This document shows, one piece after another, positions 1-10,508 of a DNA stretch of 64,000 nucleotides. Every line of letters starts with the position of its first letter. Within the stretch, counting starts at the first letter, position 1. A program made the position numbers and the translations under genes. Origin of the DNA: Akkermansia muciniphila. GTDB lineage: Bacteria; Verrucomicrobiota; Verrucomicrobiia; Limisphaerales; SIBE01. The notes under the pieces were generated by a model. That model was not told the DNA's origin. It searched no databases and saw only the letters and a list, made by a program, of their open reading frames with translations. Where the stretch lies: assembly GCA_945861765.1 (NCBI GenBank), contig CAMAWP010000003.1, positions 7,087 to 71,086 of the forward strand, written 5' to 3'.

Positions 1-1485
1 TTCTCTGTTCTCGATAAGACTGGTGCTTCTTCCGCTCAACGAGTCGGCGCTCTTCGAGTGCTTCAGGCGTTGCACAAACCTTCTGTGGTGGATGGGTTGC
101 TGGCGCGGTTGGGCCAGGAAACCGATTCCGCCCGCCGGTGGGGGCTGCTGACGGCTTTGTGCCGCTTATTCTACACGGACGGCCAGTGGAAAGGCGACAG
201 TTGGGGGACGCGACCTGACACGTCAGGTCCTTACTATCAAGCCGAGGGATGGGATCAGACCTCGAAAATCGCCGTCGGACTGACGGATGCGTTGAAACGA
301 GCAAAGGGAGCTGACGCCTCATTTCTGGTTTCTGAGCTAACCCGGCACAAAGTCCAATTGGATGGCGCGGTTGATCTCATCGTCGCGCTCGCGGTAAAAG
401 ATCCTTCGCTGCTCTCTCCGGCCGCAGCCCAGCTCTCGCGCAGTGATCGGATTCCTGCTGAAGCGATTCCCTTTTTGGTGATTGCCGCGACCGCCGACAG
501 CACCGCCGACATTCCTCGATCTCAAGCGGTCATGGCGTTGGCCAAGACAGGCACGCCCGAGGCGGTCCAGGCTATTCTTTCGGCGTTGTCACGACTTGCG
601 CAATCAAAGGCGTCGGAGTCGGATCGGGAGCGTCGCCTCGCAAGGGATGCATTCCTTAATTCGCCGCGCACCGAACTCCAGAGCGAATTACTCGAGAAGG
701 AAGCGGCTAAGCTCAATCAAGACATTTCGGCTTGGGCAGACGCAGCTTTGCTCGCAATTTCGAACCGGCAAAACGCCTCGCCGGAAATCCGGGATGGCGC
801 GAAGCGCGCCTTGGACGCTGGTTGGGCGAATCCGAAGCGGCGCGCGCAAATTCTCCAGGCCATGATGCTAGGGGAGAGTCGGGTGTCGAGGGATAAGATC
901 CTTGAGGCAGTGAATGATCCGGATCCGACCGTGGCCGCTGCAGCGCGCCGGACGGCCCAAGTGTTGCGTTTGGACAGGGGGGCCAGGCGCGGACCACAAC
1001 CGGCCGCCAGTCCGGTGATTGACAAACTCCAGCCCGCGGATGTGGTGGCCGCAGTCACGAAGACGACGGGGGATATAAAGCTCGGCGAGGAACTGTTTAC
1101 TCGTCAAGCCTGCGTTAACTGCCATACGGTGACCGCGGATCAGCCATTGCGTGGACCTTTTCTTGGAAACATCGCGACAACCTACAAGCGCGCTGAGTTG
1201 GCCGAAGCGATTCTGCTCCCGAACAAGACTATTGCTCAGGGCTTCGTGACGCAGCATTTCGAGCTCAAGGACGGCACTGAGCTGGACGGCTTTGTTACGC
1301 AAGAGGCGGCTGAGCAAGTCTCCATCCGCAATGCAACAGCTCAAGAAAGCCTGATTCGAGTAAAAGACATCAGCAAACGCACCAAGCTGGAAAAATCTCT
1401 GATGCCCGAGGGATTGGTTGCAAATCTCACCGTTAAAGAGCTGGCAGCGCTTTTGGATTATTTGGAAGGCTTGGTTAAAAAGTAA
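1..1485 (+). CDS. PVC-type heme-binding CxxCH protein, C-terminal part (HEAT-like repeats + putative heme-binding domain); 5' end outside window
   Basis: Frame open from base 1; GEELFTRQACVNCH heme motif, GPFLGNIA..AILLPNKTIAQGF and KSLMPEGL..LLDYL motifs typical of the PVC heme-binding domain. Confidence 0.85.
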   Translation, partial: FSVLDKTGASSAQRVGALRVLQALHKPSVVDGLLARLGQETDSARRWGLLTALCRLFYTDGQWKGDSWGTRPDTSGPYYQAEGWDQTSKIAVGLTDALKRAKGADASFLVSELTRHKVQLDGAVDLIVALAVKDPSLLSPAAAQLSRSDRIPAEAIPFLVIAATADSTADIPRSQAVMALAKTGTPEAVQAILSALSRLAQSKASESDRERRLARDAFLNSPRTELQSELLEKEAAKLNQDISAWADAALLAISNRQNASPEIRDGAKRALDAGWANPKRRAQILQAMMLGESRVSRDKILEAVNDPDPTVAAAARRTAQVLRLDRGARRGPQPAASPVIDKLQPADVVAAVTKTTGDIKLGEELFTRQACVNCHTVTADQPLRGPFLGNIATTYKRAELAEAILLPNKTIAQGFVTQHFELKDGTELDGFVTQEAAEQVSIRNATAQESLIRVKDISKRTKLEKSLMPEGLVANLTVKELAALLDYLEGLVKK

Positions 1486-1734
1486 ACGAAGCGAGCTTGA
1501 AGGCTCCGGTTTGGAGGAAGTGGATTTCTCCTGGGATCTCGAATTGCGCGCTCAGATTGGACAATCTAAGTCGCCGCTGTCCGCTCTCGCCTTGGGCGGC
1601 TTTCGAGGCTACCGAAGGCCGGAATCCTCATCCAACTTGGATACGAGCGGCTTTTTTCTTGTGTCAACGCCTCTCGATGGCTATGGTTTAATCCGACAGT
1701 ATAAAATCAAATACCTATCAGTGTTTTAAGATTG

Positions 1735-2481
1735 ATGATCATATTAATATTTTTTCTTCTCCATTGGTACCTCTCACTTTTTGGACAAACATTTTACCTT
1801 CACCGTTATGCTGCCCACAAGATGTTCACGATGAACAAATCCTGGGAACTATTCTTTTATGTCTTTTCCTGGTTTGCTCAAGGCTCGTCTTACTTGAATG
1901 CAAGGGCTTATGCGATCCTCCACCGGATGCATCATGCCTACAGCGATACAGAGGAAGACCCACATACGCCTCACTTTTTTAATGAAGTTTTCAGTATGTC
2001 AGTTCATACCGCAAAAGTTTATCATAGTTTGGCGACAGGAACGCTCAAGGCGGGTTCGCAATTTCAAAGCAATGATCCTGTATATCCGGTTATCGATCGA
2101 GTCGCTGATAGTTGGCTTACCCGAGTCGCGTTTGGGTTTTTATACACGCTGTTCTATGTTTCGTTTGCTACCCATTGGTGGATGTTCTTACTATTGCCAA
2201 TCCATTATCTGATGGGGCCTGTGCATGGAGCCATCGTGAACTGGGCGGGCCATAAATATGGCTATCGCAATTTCGATCAACCCGACAAATCAAGAAACAC
2301 ATTGTTCATCGATATCCTTCTGCTAGGTGAATTGTTTCAGAACAATCATCATCACAATGGTAAGAGACCAAACTTTGCGACCAAGTGGTGGGAGTTCGAC
2401 CCTGTTTATCCTGTAATCAAATTATTCGACAGAATGCATATCATCCAATTGGTGAAACAAGATCCGGCGCCAAATTCGTGA
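1735..2481 (+). CDS. Acyl-CoA (delta-9-type) fatty acid desaturase
   Basis: Three His boxes HRYAAH, HRMHH, QNNHH; hydrophobic segments; WWEFDP motif. Confidence 0.9.
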   Translation: MIILIFFLLHWYLSLFGQTFYLHRYAAHKMFTMNKSWELFFYVFSWFAQGSSYLNARAYAILHRMHHAYSDTEEDPHTPHFFNEVFSMSVHTAKVYHSLATGTLKAGSQFQSNDPVYPVIDRVADSWLTRVAFGFLYTLFYVSFATHWWMFLLLPIHYLMGPVHGAIVNWAGHKYGYRNFDQPDKSRNTLFIDILLLGELFQNNHHHNGKRPNFATKWWEFDPVYPVIKLFDRMHIIQLVKQDPAPNS

Positions 2482-2558
2482 TTTTATTGATCGCCGTCGG
2501 TTTGCCCGAAAGCCTTTGGCGAATGGACCCATCCTTACGAAACAGAAAACCAACCATT

Positions 2559-3461
2559 ATGAAAATTCAGTCACTCCTTCAGAGTTTTATCGTCGGCTGT
2601 TCCTTTGTCGTGGCTCCACTCTTGTCGGTGTCTGGAGCCGAATTGGTCGTGCCGGACGACGTCCTATTTGAGGCCGGAATCGAGTATTCCAACCCAGACA
2701 ATCAGCATTTGCAGCTCAACATGGCTCGCCCTAAAAATGGCAAAGGTCCATTTCCGGTGGTCCTCTGCATTCACGGTGGCGGCTTCCGGGCCGGCAGCCG
2801 GGATGGTTACAACAAGCTTTGCCAAACACTGGCGCAGCGCGGATTTGTGGCTGTAACAGCGAGCTATCGGCTGGCCCCCAAATATCAATTTCCCGCCGCT
2901 GTGCATGACGTGAAAGCTGCCGTGCGCTGGCTGCGAGCTAACGCTTCGAAATATCATCTCGATCCCGATCGCATCGGGACCACCGGCGGGTCGGCAGGTG
3001 GACACCTGGCTCAATTTCTAGGCGTCACCCCCGGTATTGCGCAATTCGAAGGCAGTGGAGGAAACGCTGAGCAATCGAGCAAGGTCGCATGCGTTGTGAA
3101 CTCTTATGGTCCAAGTGACTTCACCAAGTCGTACGGCAAAAGCGTCGATGCTGCCGAGGTCCTTCCCTTGTTCCTCGGTGGGGATGTGGAGCACGAGCGG
3201 CGGCGGCACATTGTGTCCAGCCCGCTTTACTGGGTTACTCCCGAGGCAGCACCGACATTGTGCATCCACGGAACCGAGGACAAATACGTTGCTTACGAGC
3301 AGGCGACCTGGATCGTGGATCGCCTGAAAGCGTGTGATGTCGAAGTCGAGTTGCTGACGCTGGAGGGAGCGGGTCACGGTTTCAAAGGGGCAGATGCGGA
3401 GAAGGCGGACAAGGCCTTGCTGGCATTTTTTGAGAAGCATCTAAAGCCGAAGACGAAATAA
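2559..3461 (+). CDS. Secreted alpha/beta hydrolase (esterase/lipase, HGGG type)
   Basis: Signal-like N-terminus from ATG 2559; HGGG oxyanion motif, GGSAGG nucleophile elbow, HGTED, GAGHG. Confidence 0.9.
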   Translation: MKIQSLLQSFIVGCSFVVAPLLSVSGAELVVPDDVLFEAGIEYSNPDNQHLQLNMARPKNGKGPFPVVLCIHGGGFRAGSRDGYNKLCQTLAQRGFVAVTASYRLAPKYQFPAAVHDVKAAVRWLRANASKYHLDPDRIGTTGGSAGGHLAQFLGVTPGIAQFEGSGGNAEQSSKVACVVNSYGPSDFTKSYGKSVDAAEVLPLFLGGDVEHERRRHIVSSPLYWVTPEAAPTLCIHGTEDKYVAYEQATWIVDRLKACDVEVELLTLEGAGHGFKGADAEKADKALLAFFEKHLKPKTK

Positions 3462-3571
3462 CTCTGTAGGGGTTACGTCCTCGATGGCAAATGGGCCTTC
3501 AACACTGTGAGCTCAGCCGACCATCAGGATTTGAGCGGTACTCTGAGATGGTTTAACAAGCCGGTCTCAGG

Positions 3572-4693
3572 TCATTTGTCGGGCTCAGGCTCAACTTGAG
3601 GGGAGGTCTTCTCCGTCGCTTGGTCTGGCGCGGTTTTTCGAGTCTGGGCCTTGAGATCGTCGATGATATGGGCTAGCAGGGCCGCAGGGAGCGCATAGGA
3701 AGCGACTCGGCCAGCACGGGCGATGTTAAGACCGATGGCCTGGCCGTCGAGATTCAGGAGCGGCCCACCGCACTGCCATGGCTGCAGCACGGTGTCGTGT
3801 TGAACGGCCAGTTCAAAACCTTCAGAGCGTTGGCTGATTTCGCCTCCAAGTCGGTTCATGCGCTCCTGGCGATTAAACCCGCGGAATCCGGTTTCGGGCT
3901 TTGGCAACATCATTCGCACACTCGCATCGAACTCCTCGGTTTCGCGCTGGACGCGCAGCTTGACTGTCTGCCCTTCGCGGAAATGCCGCAGAGTGGTAGT
4001 TAATTCATCGCGGTTTTTGATCTTTGTATCGTTTACCGCGAGGATAATGTCGCCTGGCTTGAGACCCGCTTTTTCTGCACCAAGGCCCTCCGTGACCTCG
4101 ACGATCTTGGCGACTGCTGCGTTGGTCAGCAGGACCCCAATCAGAGCCCGTTTCGGCAGGATTTTCCGCGGCGGGACGCTGACAATACCGACCGCTTCCG
4201 GCGTTTTTTCCGTCCCGGGTGTCACGACCCATTGGCCAACGGAGGCTTCTTCCGAAACCCACCTGATTGGCGTCAAGCTGGTAGCTTTGACTTTCACCAG
4301 AGCCACATCGTTGTCATCATCCCTGGCCACCAATTCCGCATCGATCTCGGTGTGATTTGCGAGCTTGCAGGTCAACTTGCCGTCTTTGAGCTCGCTTGCC
4401 TTCGTGATGATCAGACCGCTGGCTTCGACGACGGTACCGAGGGCGACCGTCTTACCATCCAGATCGATCCTCACGATCGAATGGCGCGCCGCGTCGGTCG
4501 CTGAAGAAAATGCGGCAAGCGTCAGAGCGCCACTCTTGAATCGATCCTCTCCCAGCGTGGCTGAACGGTTGGATGAATTCTGTGCGTGCGAAGTCCTCGT
4601 CAACACGCTCACCGCCAGCAGCAGGAGCGGCAGCATACGGCCTGGAATAAAACGCAACATATTAGCTTCTTCTCGAATTCCGAATTCTGACAT
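3572..4693 (-). CDS. Trypsin-like/PDZ protein, probably catalytically altered (pseudoprotease)
   Basis: TKASE in place of the catalytic-His motif, QCGGPLLN in place of GDSGGP; internal PDZ (GAEKAGLKPGDIILAVN); start overlaps stop of upstream protease. Confidence 0.75.
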   Translation of the reverse strand: MSEFGIREEANMLRFIPGRMLPLLLLAVSVLTRTSHAQNSSNRSATLGEDRFKSGALTLAAFSSATDAARHSIVRIDLDGKTVALGTVVEASGLIITKASELKDGKLTCKLANHTEIDAELVARDDDNDVALVKVKATSLTPIRWVSEEASVGQWVVTPGTEKTPEAVGIVSVPPRKILPKRALIGVLLTNAAVAKIVEVTEGLGAEKAGLKPGDIILAVNDTKIKNRDELTTTLRHFREGQTVKLRVQRETEEFDASVRMMLPKPETGFRGFNRQERMNRLGGEISQRSEGFELAVQHDTVLQPWQCGGPLLNLDGQAIGLNIARAGRVASYALPAALLAHIIDDLKAQTRKTAPDQATEKTSPQVEPEPDK

Positions 4694-6060
4694 TACGGAC
4701 CGAACCGGCCGCCCCCGAAACCACGGCGTGGTTCGACAGTCACCTGGACGGACAATTCCATCGCATCTCGTTTGATGTCCAGCGTCACCTTTTGGCCTGG
4801 CTTGGTCCGCGTCACGGATTGCTTGAACGATTCGGTTCCTTTTAGCTCATGGCCATTGAACTTTGTTACCACGTCGCCGACCTTCAATCCTGCCCTTTCT
4901 CCTGGACCATTTTTGTTAACAATCTCCAGCCGACACCCTTCGGGGTGGTCGAGTCCCCAGGCTCCGACCCAGACCTCCTGCACGGGCCGACCCCAGTCAT
5001 CCCCTTTCGCCAGCCGATCCCAGGTTTCCTGAAACGCTCCGATTGAGACATGAAAGTTCGCGGCGGTGGAGTTGCTGATGCGGCTGTGGATGCCAACCAC
5101 CCGACCGTGCATGTCGAACAGGGGTCCCCCGGAGTCGCCACCGATCAGGGTGCAATCGGTTTGCATCATGTCCGAAGCAAGCCGGATGATTCGCCCTAGT
5201 CGGACGACCATCGAGCGCTGGGGATCGAACCCGCCGGGATGGCCGAGCGCGAGGACCCAGTCACCCAGCCGAGTGCGGTCGATGTCACCGATATCTACAT
5301 GGGACCAATGACCCTTGTCAGTGATCCTCATCAAACCTGCGTCCATCTCGTGATTCGTGCCCAGGGTTTTGCCTTTCGCGGTTTTGCCGTCGGGGAACGT
5401 AAATAGAACGTCAAGGTCGGGCGAGTCACAGACGTGGGCGGCGCACAGGACCAAGCCGTCGTCAGTAATGACAACGCCGCTGCCGCTGCCCCCTTGGACC
5501 TCGACGGCCACAACGGACGGAGAGACCCGAGCTACCACCTTCTTAACATGATCTTCGATTGCTTTGAGATCGTCGAGCGATCCAGGTGTGTCTTTGCGGA
5601 AAGCACGAGGAAGATCTGTGCGCCGGGTGGGCGGAGGCGTTGGAGCGGGCGCCGGTTCTGTGGGTGTGAAAGTCTCGTTCGGGGTTTCTTTAGCTTCCTG
5701 AAATAACAACCTGAGCACTGTTTCGACCTTCCTCGTCTCTTTAAGTAGAGGCAGGACTTCGCCATGGAACCGGCGATCTGAAGTGCTGGAAGTCTCGGAT
5801 CGCTGGTCCGGCTGATTCGATGGCTGCCGGGCAGCAGGTTGCTCTTTCGCGGACAGCGCGGCAGACGGCAGCAGGGCTGCAAATAGTCCGAAGGCAGCAA
5901 GCATCGCTGCGCCCGCGTGCTGAAGTGGCAGGAGTGCCTGGGCAAAGCGGGCCGCGGGGGTGCATTTACTGTGACCGGACGCGATCAGAACAGAGGCGTC
6001 GAGGCTCTTCGCGGTAGTATTGCAAAACCAAGTTCTCACACGGTTATAGACGCCGTTCAA
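4693..6060 (-). CDS. S1C (HtrA-like) serine protease with C-terminal PDZ; true start probably downstream of 6060
   Basis: GSGVV, CAAHV (His), DAGLM (Asp), GGDSGGP (Ser); PDZ GERAGLKVGDVV. Confidence 0.88.
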   Translation of the reverse strand: MNGVYNRVRTWFCNTTAKSLDASVLIASGHSKCTPAARFAQALLPLQHAGAAMLAAFGLFAALLPSAALSAKEQPAARQPSNQPDQRSETSSTSDRRFHGEVLPLLKETRKVETVLRLLFQEAKETPNETFTPTEPAPAPTPPPTRRTDLPRAFRKDTPGSLDDLKAIEDHVKKVVARVSPSVVAVEVQGGSGSGVVITDDGLVLCAAHVCDSPDLDVLFTFPDGKTAKGKTLGTNHEMDAGLMRITDKGHWSHVDIGDIDRTRLGDWVLALGHPGGFDPQRSMVVRLGRIIRLASDMMQTDCTLIGGDSGGPLFDMHGRVVGIHSRISNSTAANFHVSIGAFQETWDRLAKGDDWGRPVQEVWVGAWGLDHPEGCRLEIVNKNGPGERAGLKVGDVVTKFNGHELKGTESFKQSVTRTKPGQKVTLDIKRDAMELSVQVTVEPRRGFGGGRFGP

Positions 6061-6338
6061 AAAGATTGGTTAACTAAATCTTTGTCGGGAGGCTGAAATC
6101 TCAAGCACCGGCAGAGCCATCAATTCATCACGGAGTTGGCGATCGAATTACCTCCTGCAAACCTCGACGACCTCGGCACTGTGATCGGCCACGGCGCAAT
6201 ATTTCGGTTTTTCACGTTAACCCAAGGATCTATAATGTTCAGGCTAAGACACCCGCGCAGGCATCCTTGTTTCGAGACTTTGTGAAAAGTTTCACAAAGT
6301 ACTTGTAGTCGATTCTGACTGGCAATATTTTCGCCCGA

Positions 6339-7019
6339 ATGGGTAATCCAGATGTTGTTACGATTCGTGAGCTGTCGAAGGTCTATAGGCAGGGCGAGAT
6401 CAACGTGACAGCGTTGAACCGCATCTCTCTCGATATTCAAACTGGAGAATTCCTCACCCTCATGGGGCCTTCGGGGTCGGGCAAGTCCACCCTGTTGCAC
6501 ATCATCGCGGGAGTGGACCGTCCGACCAGCGGGGAATGTCGCGTCCAGGGAATTGATGTCGCGCGCTTGAGTGAATCAGAGCTGGCAGATTGGCGGAACC
6601 AAAATGTCGGATTCGTTTTTCAGACGTTTAATTTGATTCCGGTCCTCACCGCTTTTGAAAACGTAGAGCTTCCTTTGCTGCTGACGCGGCTTCGGGGAAA
6701 GCAACGGCGGCAGCAGGTGGACACGACACTCGAGTTGGTCGGACTCGCCGATCGCAAACATCACTTGCCGAAACAGCTTTCTGGCGGGCAGGAACAGCGT
6801 GTCGCCATCGCGCGGGCTCTGGTGACTGACCCAACCCTGATTGTCGCCGACGAACCCACCGGCAATCTCGATTCGCATTCCGCCCAGGAGGTTCTCGGCA
6901 TTCTGCAGGCCCTGAGTCGTAACGCTGCCAAGACGGTCATTATGGTGACACATGACCCGAAAGCCGCAGCCTTCGGTTCGCGAACGATCCATCTGGAAAA
7001 GGGTGAATTAGTTGCCTGA
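6339..7019 (+). CDS. ABC transporter ATP-binding protein (LolD/MacB type)
   Basis: [30 protein letters not shown]. Confidence 0.95.
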   Translation: MGNPDVVTIRELSKVYRQGEINVTALNRISLDIQTGEFLTLMGPSGSGKSTLLHIIAGVDRPTSGECRVQGIDVARLSESELADWRNQNVGFVFQTFNLIPVLTAFENVELPLLLTRLRGKQRRQQVDTTLELVGLADRKHHLPKQLSGGQEQRVAIARALVTDPTLIVADEPTGNLDSHSAQEVLGILQALSRNAAKTVIMVTHDPKAAAFGSRTIHLEKGELVA

Positions 7020-7024
7020 ACATC

Positions 7025-8170
7025 ATGACCATAGGCTCCTTTATTTTGAAAAATGCGTTGAGGAACAAACGCCGCGCCGCGTTATCGATCCTGAGTGTGG
7101 CCGTCAGTTGCGCCTTGTTGGTCACCTTGCTGACGTTGCAGCGGGAGTTGACGATTCCGCCCGAATCCGAAGCGGCGTCGCTCCGGGTCATCGCCCGCAA
7201 CAAGGTTTCCCTCACCCAACCGCTGCCGGCGAAGCAATTGGCGATACTCGACAAAATTCCCGGCATCGTGGCTGTTTCTCCATTCAGCTTCTTTGGGGGG
7301 AATTTCCGCGAGGAAACCGTGACCAGCTTCGCGCAGTTCGCCGTGGACCCGGCCCGATTTCAGGGCCTGCTCGTCGAAGGAAAGATTGTGGAAGGTTCCT
7401 ACGATAGCTTCATCAAGAACCGGACTTCGTGCTTTGTAGGCGCGGACACGATCAAACGTTATGGTCTCAAGGTCGGCGACAAAATGCGCTTCACTGGGAC
7501 GTTTTTTCCCGTCAACCTCGACCTGGAGGTCGCGGCGGTGTTTCAAGGCACCGTGGATGATCGAGGAGTTTTCTTTCATCACAAGCTGCTCGACGAACTG
7601 ATGGGTGATCCCGGCACGGTGGGAACCTGGTACCTGCGCGTGGCTTCGGCGGAGGTTGCGAATGACGTGATCAGCCGCATCAACAAGGCGTTCGAGAACA
7701 CCGCCGCGGAGGTGAGAGCGGAGACGGAACGAGCTTTCCAGATGAGCTTTATCAGCATGTTGGGTAACGTCAAACTGCTCATCGGCTCGATCAGTTCGGT
7801 GGTGGTCTTCACGCTGTTGCTCGTCACTGTCAGCACGATGAGCATGGCGATCCGCGAACGGTTCCGCGAGCTCGCGGTGCTCAAGGCGCTCGGGTTTCGC
7901 CGTCGTGACCTGTTTGGGTTCATCCTCGCGGAGAGCTTCGGCCTGTCGGCGATCGGCGCTTTCGTAGGCATCGGCGGCGCTTGGGCCATGTGGACTTTGT
8001 CCGATCTCCAAAAACTGACCAATGGTTTCTTGATTTACTTCGAGGTCACGACGCGCATCATTGCCACCGGAGCCTCCATCGCTGCGCTGCTCGGCATCAT
8101 TTCGGCGATTTTACCTTCCATCGCCGTCTCGCGAATGAGCGTGGTGGAGGGGTTGAAAACACTCGATTAG
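7025..8170 (+). CDS. ABC transporter permease (MacB/FtsX-like)
   Basis: KNALRNKRR N-terminus, RERFRELAVLKALGF motif, 4 TM segments. Confidence 0.92.
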   Translation: MTIGSFILKNALRNKRRAALSILSVAVSCALLVTLLTLQRELTIPPESEAASLRVIARNKVSLTQPLPAKQLAILDKIPGIVAVSPFSFFGGNFREETVTSFAQFAVDPARFQGLLVEGKIVEGSYDSFIKNRTSCFVGADTIKRYGLKVGDKMRFTGTFFPVNLDLEVAAVFQGTVDDRGVFFHHKLLDELMGDPGTVGTWYLRVASAEVANDVISRINKAFENTAAEVRAETERAFQMSFISMLGNVKLLIGSISSVVVFTLLLVTVSTMSMAIRERFRELAVLKALGFRRRDLFGFILAESFGLSAIGAFVGIGGAWAMWTLSDLQKLTNGFLIYFEVTTRIIATGASIAALLGIISAILPSIAVSRMSVVEGLKTLD

Positions 8171-8298
8171 TCCAAAGTCCAAGATGTTTTATTGCATTCG
8201 TGGAAGCCTCATGAAACCTCCGATCTGCGCGGGCACAAATCGAAACGGTGAGATAAGCCTGACACATGTCCGTAGTTGGACATTGTGGACATTGGACT
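8169..8298. repeat. Short inverted repeat of GTCCAAA-like heptamers flanking an intergenic spacer
   Basis: AGTCCAAAGTCCA (8169-8181) vs TGGACATTGGACT (8286-8298), 12/13 complementary. Confidence 0.4.
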
Positions 8299-8307
8299 TA
8301 ATTAATT

Positions 8308-9489
8308 ATGCCTTTGCCGCTGAAGTATAACTTTCGCAACGTGCGTGTGCGCTGGCGTTCAACGCTCTCCACCATACTGGGAATCGCTTTGGTGGTGAGC
8401 GTGTTTGTGCTCTTGAGAGCCCTGGCGCGGGGCATCGAGACGACCAACTCCAACACGGGCGACCCCCGGAATATCTTGGTTGTGCGTAAGGGCTCCCAGG
8501 CCGAATCCGGCAGCATGGTCTCGCGTGAACAATTTCGGACGCTGCGATACTTTGACGAGATCGCTCGCAACGAGCAGGGCGAGCCGGTCATTTCAGCGGA
8601 ATTGGTCTTGATTATTAGCGTGCCGCGCGGCACTGGCGTAGGCGAGGCGAACACCTTGATCCGCGGTGTCACACCCAGCGGCCAGGAATTGCGGCCCCAG
8701 GTGAAACTTGTCAAAGGTCGCTGGTTCAGTCGTGGCAAACGCGAGATGATCGTCTCCGAGCGTTTGGCAGGCCGCTTCACCGGCTTTGAAATCGGCGGCA
8801 CGATCAAGGCTGGCTTGGATCGTCTCACCGTGGTTGGCCATTTCGACGCTCGGAGCAGCGCCTTCGACAACGAAGCTTGGATGGATGCCGACGAAGCCCG
8901 CTCCATTTTTGACCGGGACCAGTATTCGAGCATATTGCTCCGGCCGCGCGATCAGGCGGCCGCAGATGCCATCATCAAACGCATCGAAGTGGACAAACGC
9001 CTAGGTTTGCGCGCCGAGCATGAGGTGGACTATTATTCCAAACAGACGATGACCGCGATGCCATTCAAGTACCTCGCCGCCATCCTCGGCGCGGCCATGT
9101 CCGTCGGCGCGGTGTTTGCGGCGATGAACACGATGTATGCGAGCGTCGCCGCGCGCACGCGCGAGGTTGGCACATTGCGAGTTCTTGGCTACTCGCGGCG
9201 ATCGATTGTGTTCTGCTTTCTGATCGAGGGGACGCTCCTCGCGATACTAGGCGGGCTTCTCGGTTCGATTCTATCGCTCGCGGTTTATGCCTATGTCGTG
9301 GTGAGAAAGGTTCAGTTTGGGACGATGGATTGGCAATCTTTCGCTGAAACCGTCTTCCAGTTTCGCGTCACGCCCGATCTGATGCTGACTGGGATCGCGT
9401 TCGCCGCGATGATTGGTTTGGCTGGAAGCTTTTTGCCCGCGTTGCGCGCGGCTCGTCTGCCTGTAATCTCCGCCCTCAAATCCCTATGA
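8308..9489 (+). CDS. ABC transporter permease (MacB/FtsX-like)
   Basis: YNFRNVRVRW N-terminus, NTMYASVAARTREVGTLRVLGY, PALRAARLP. Confidence 0.92.
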   Translation: MPLPLKYNFRNVRVRWRSTLSTILGIALVVSVFVLLRALARGIETTNSNTGDPRNILVVRKGSQAESGSMVSREQFRTLRYFDEIARNEQGEPVISAELVLIISVPRGTGVGEANTLIRGVTPSGQELRPQVKLVKGRWFSRGKREMIVSERLAGRFTGFEIGGTIKAGLDRLTVVGHFDARSSAFDNEAWMDADEARSIFDRDQYSSILLRPRDQAAADAIIKRIEVDKRLGLRAEHEVDYYSKQTMTAMPFKYLAAILGAAMSVGAVFAAMNTMYASVAARTREVGTLRVLGYSRRSIVFCFLIEGTLLAILGGLLGSILSLAVYAYVVVRKVQFGTMDWQSFAETVFQFRVTPDLMLTGIAFAAMIGLAGSFLPALRAARLPVISALKSL

Positions 9490-10508
9490 ATGAAGAGAAG
9501 CTTCAACACCTCCGGATCGCTTCGGACCAGAAACGGCGCGCAGGCGCACCCATTTGGACGATCGTTTTGGGTATCGCAGCCATCACAGGGGTCGCGATAT
9601 TCTTCGCTATTCCCCGAGCCTCGGACTCGGTCCGCAGCGGCCTGAAGTCCAATCGGGAACTGGCGCGAACCTCCGATAAAGGCGCCCCCGACTCCAACCT
9701 CGGCACGCCTGCCGCCCAGGGCTCTGCGATGGCATCGCAACCGGCCAAGATTGAAGGTTCCGTGCTGACCGCCAGCGGTTACATCGTGAACCGGGAACGG
9801 ATTGAACTGAGTCCGCGTTTCATGGGGGTGGTGAAATGGATTGGAGTAAAGAAGGGGGATTCAGTGACGAATGGCCAGGTCGTCGTGCTGCTCGATGATG
9901 CCGAATACAAGGCTCGTCTTAAGGAAAGCGAAGGCCGTTTGGCGTATGCGAAAGCTGGCCTGTCAAAAGCTGAGTTGGATTATGATCGCGTTGCCAAGTT
10001 AGCTCTGGAAAAGGTCGAATCCAAGCAAGCCGAGGACGATGTTCGCGTCCGAGTTGAGTCTGCTCGCGCCTCTTTATTGGAGAGCCAAGGTCAAAATGAG
10101 CTGGCGAAGACATTTCTGGATTGGACCGTGATTCGATCTCCGATCGATGGGGTCGTGCTAGAAAAGTTGGTTGATCCCAACGAATTGGTAGTTCCTCAAA
10201 GTTTTGGCGGCACACGTGGCCCGAGCACGGCGTTGATTGCTCTGGCTGATCCAAAGGATTTGCAGGTCGAGATTGATCTGAACGAATCGGACCTCTCTAA
10301 GATCTTCCTCAATCAAGTGTGCAAGGTCAGTCCAGAAGCCTATCCCCAGAAAGGATATGAAGGTTACGTGGCGGAGATTGCTCCCGAAGCCAGTCGCCAG
10401 AAAGGAACCTTGCAGTTGAAAGTGCAGATCCGCAATTCCGATCGGTTCCTAACGCCTGAATTGAGCGCGAAAGTTGATTTCATCGGGGTTTCAAACGAGC
10501 AAAGATAA
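9486..10508 (+). CDS. Efflux periplasmic adaptor subunit (MacA/HlyD family)
   Basis: TM anchor, ASGYIV, IRSPIDGVV lipoyl motif, EIAPEASRQKGT; ATGA overlap with permease. Confidence 0.92.
   Translation: MNEEKLQHLRIASDQKRRAGAPIWTIVLGIAAITGVAIFFAIPRASDSVRSGLKSNRELARTSDKGAPDSNLGTPAAQGSAMASQPAKIEGSVLTASGYIVNRERIELSPRFMGVVKWIGVKKGDSVTNGQVVVLLDDAEYKARLKESEGRLAYAKAGLSKAELDYDRVAKLALEKVESKQAEDDVRVRVESARASLLESQGQNELAKTFLDWTVIRSPIDGVVLEKLVDPNELVVPQSFGGTRGPSTALIALADPKDLQVEIDLNESDLSKIFLNQVCKVSPEAYPQKGYEGYVAEIAPEASRQKGTLQLKVQIRNSDRFLTPELSAKVDFIGVSNEQR

Noticed and set aside
7082-8011. 309-aa minus-strand ORF, and similar long antisense ORFs at 46625-47455, 53882-55081 and 60633-61577
   Set aside because: Shadows of well-supported genes on the opposite strand in GC-rich DNA
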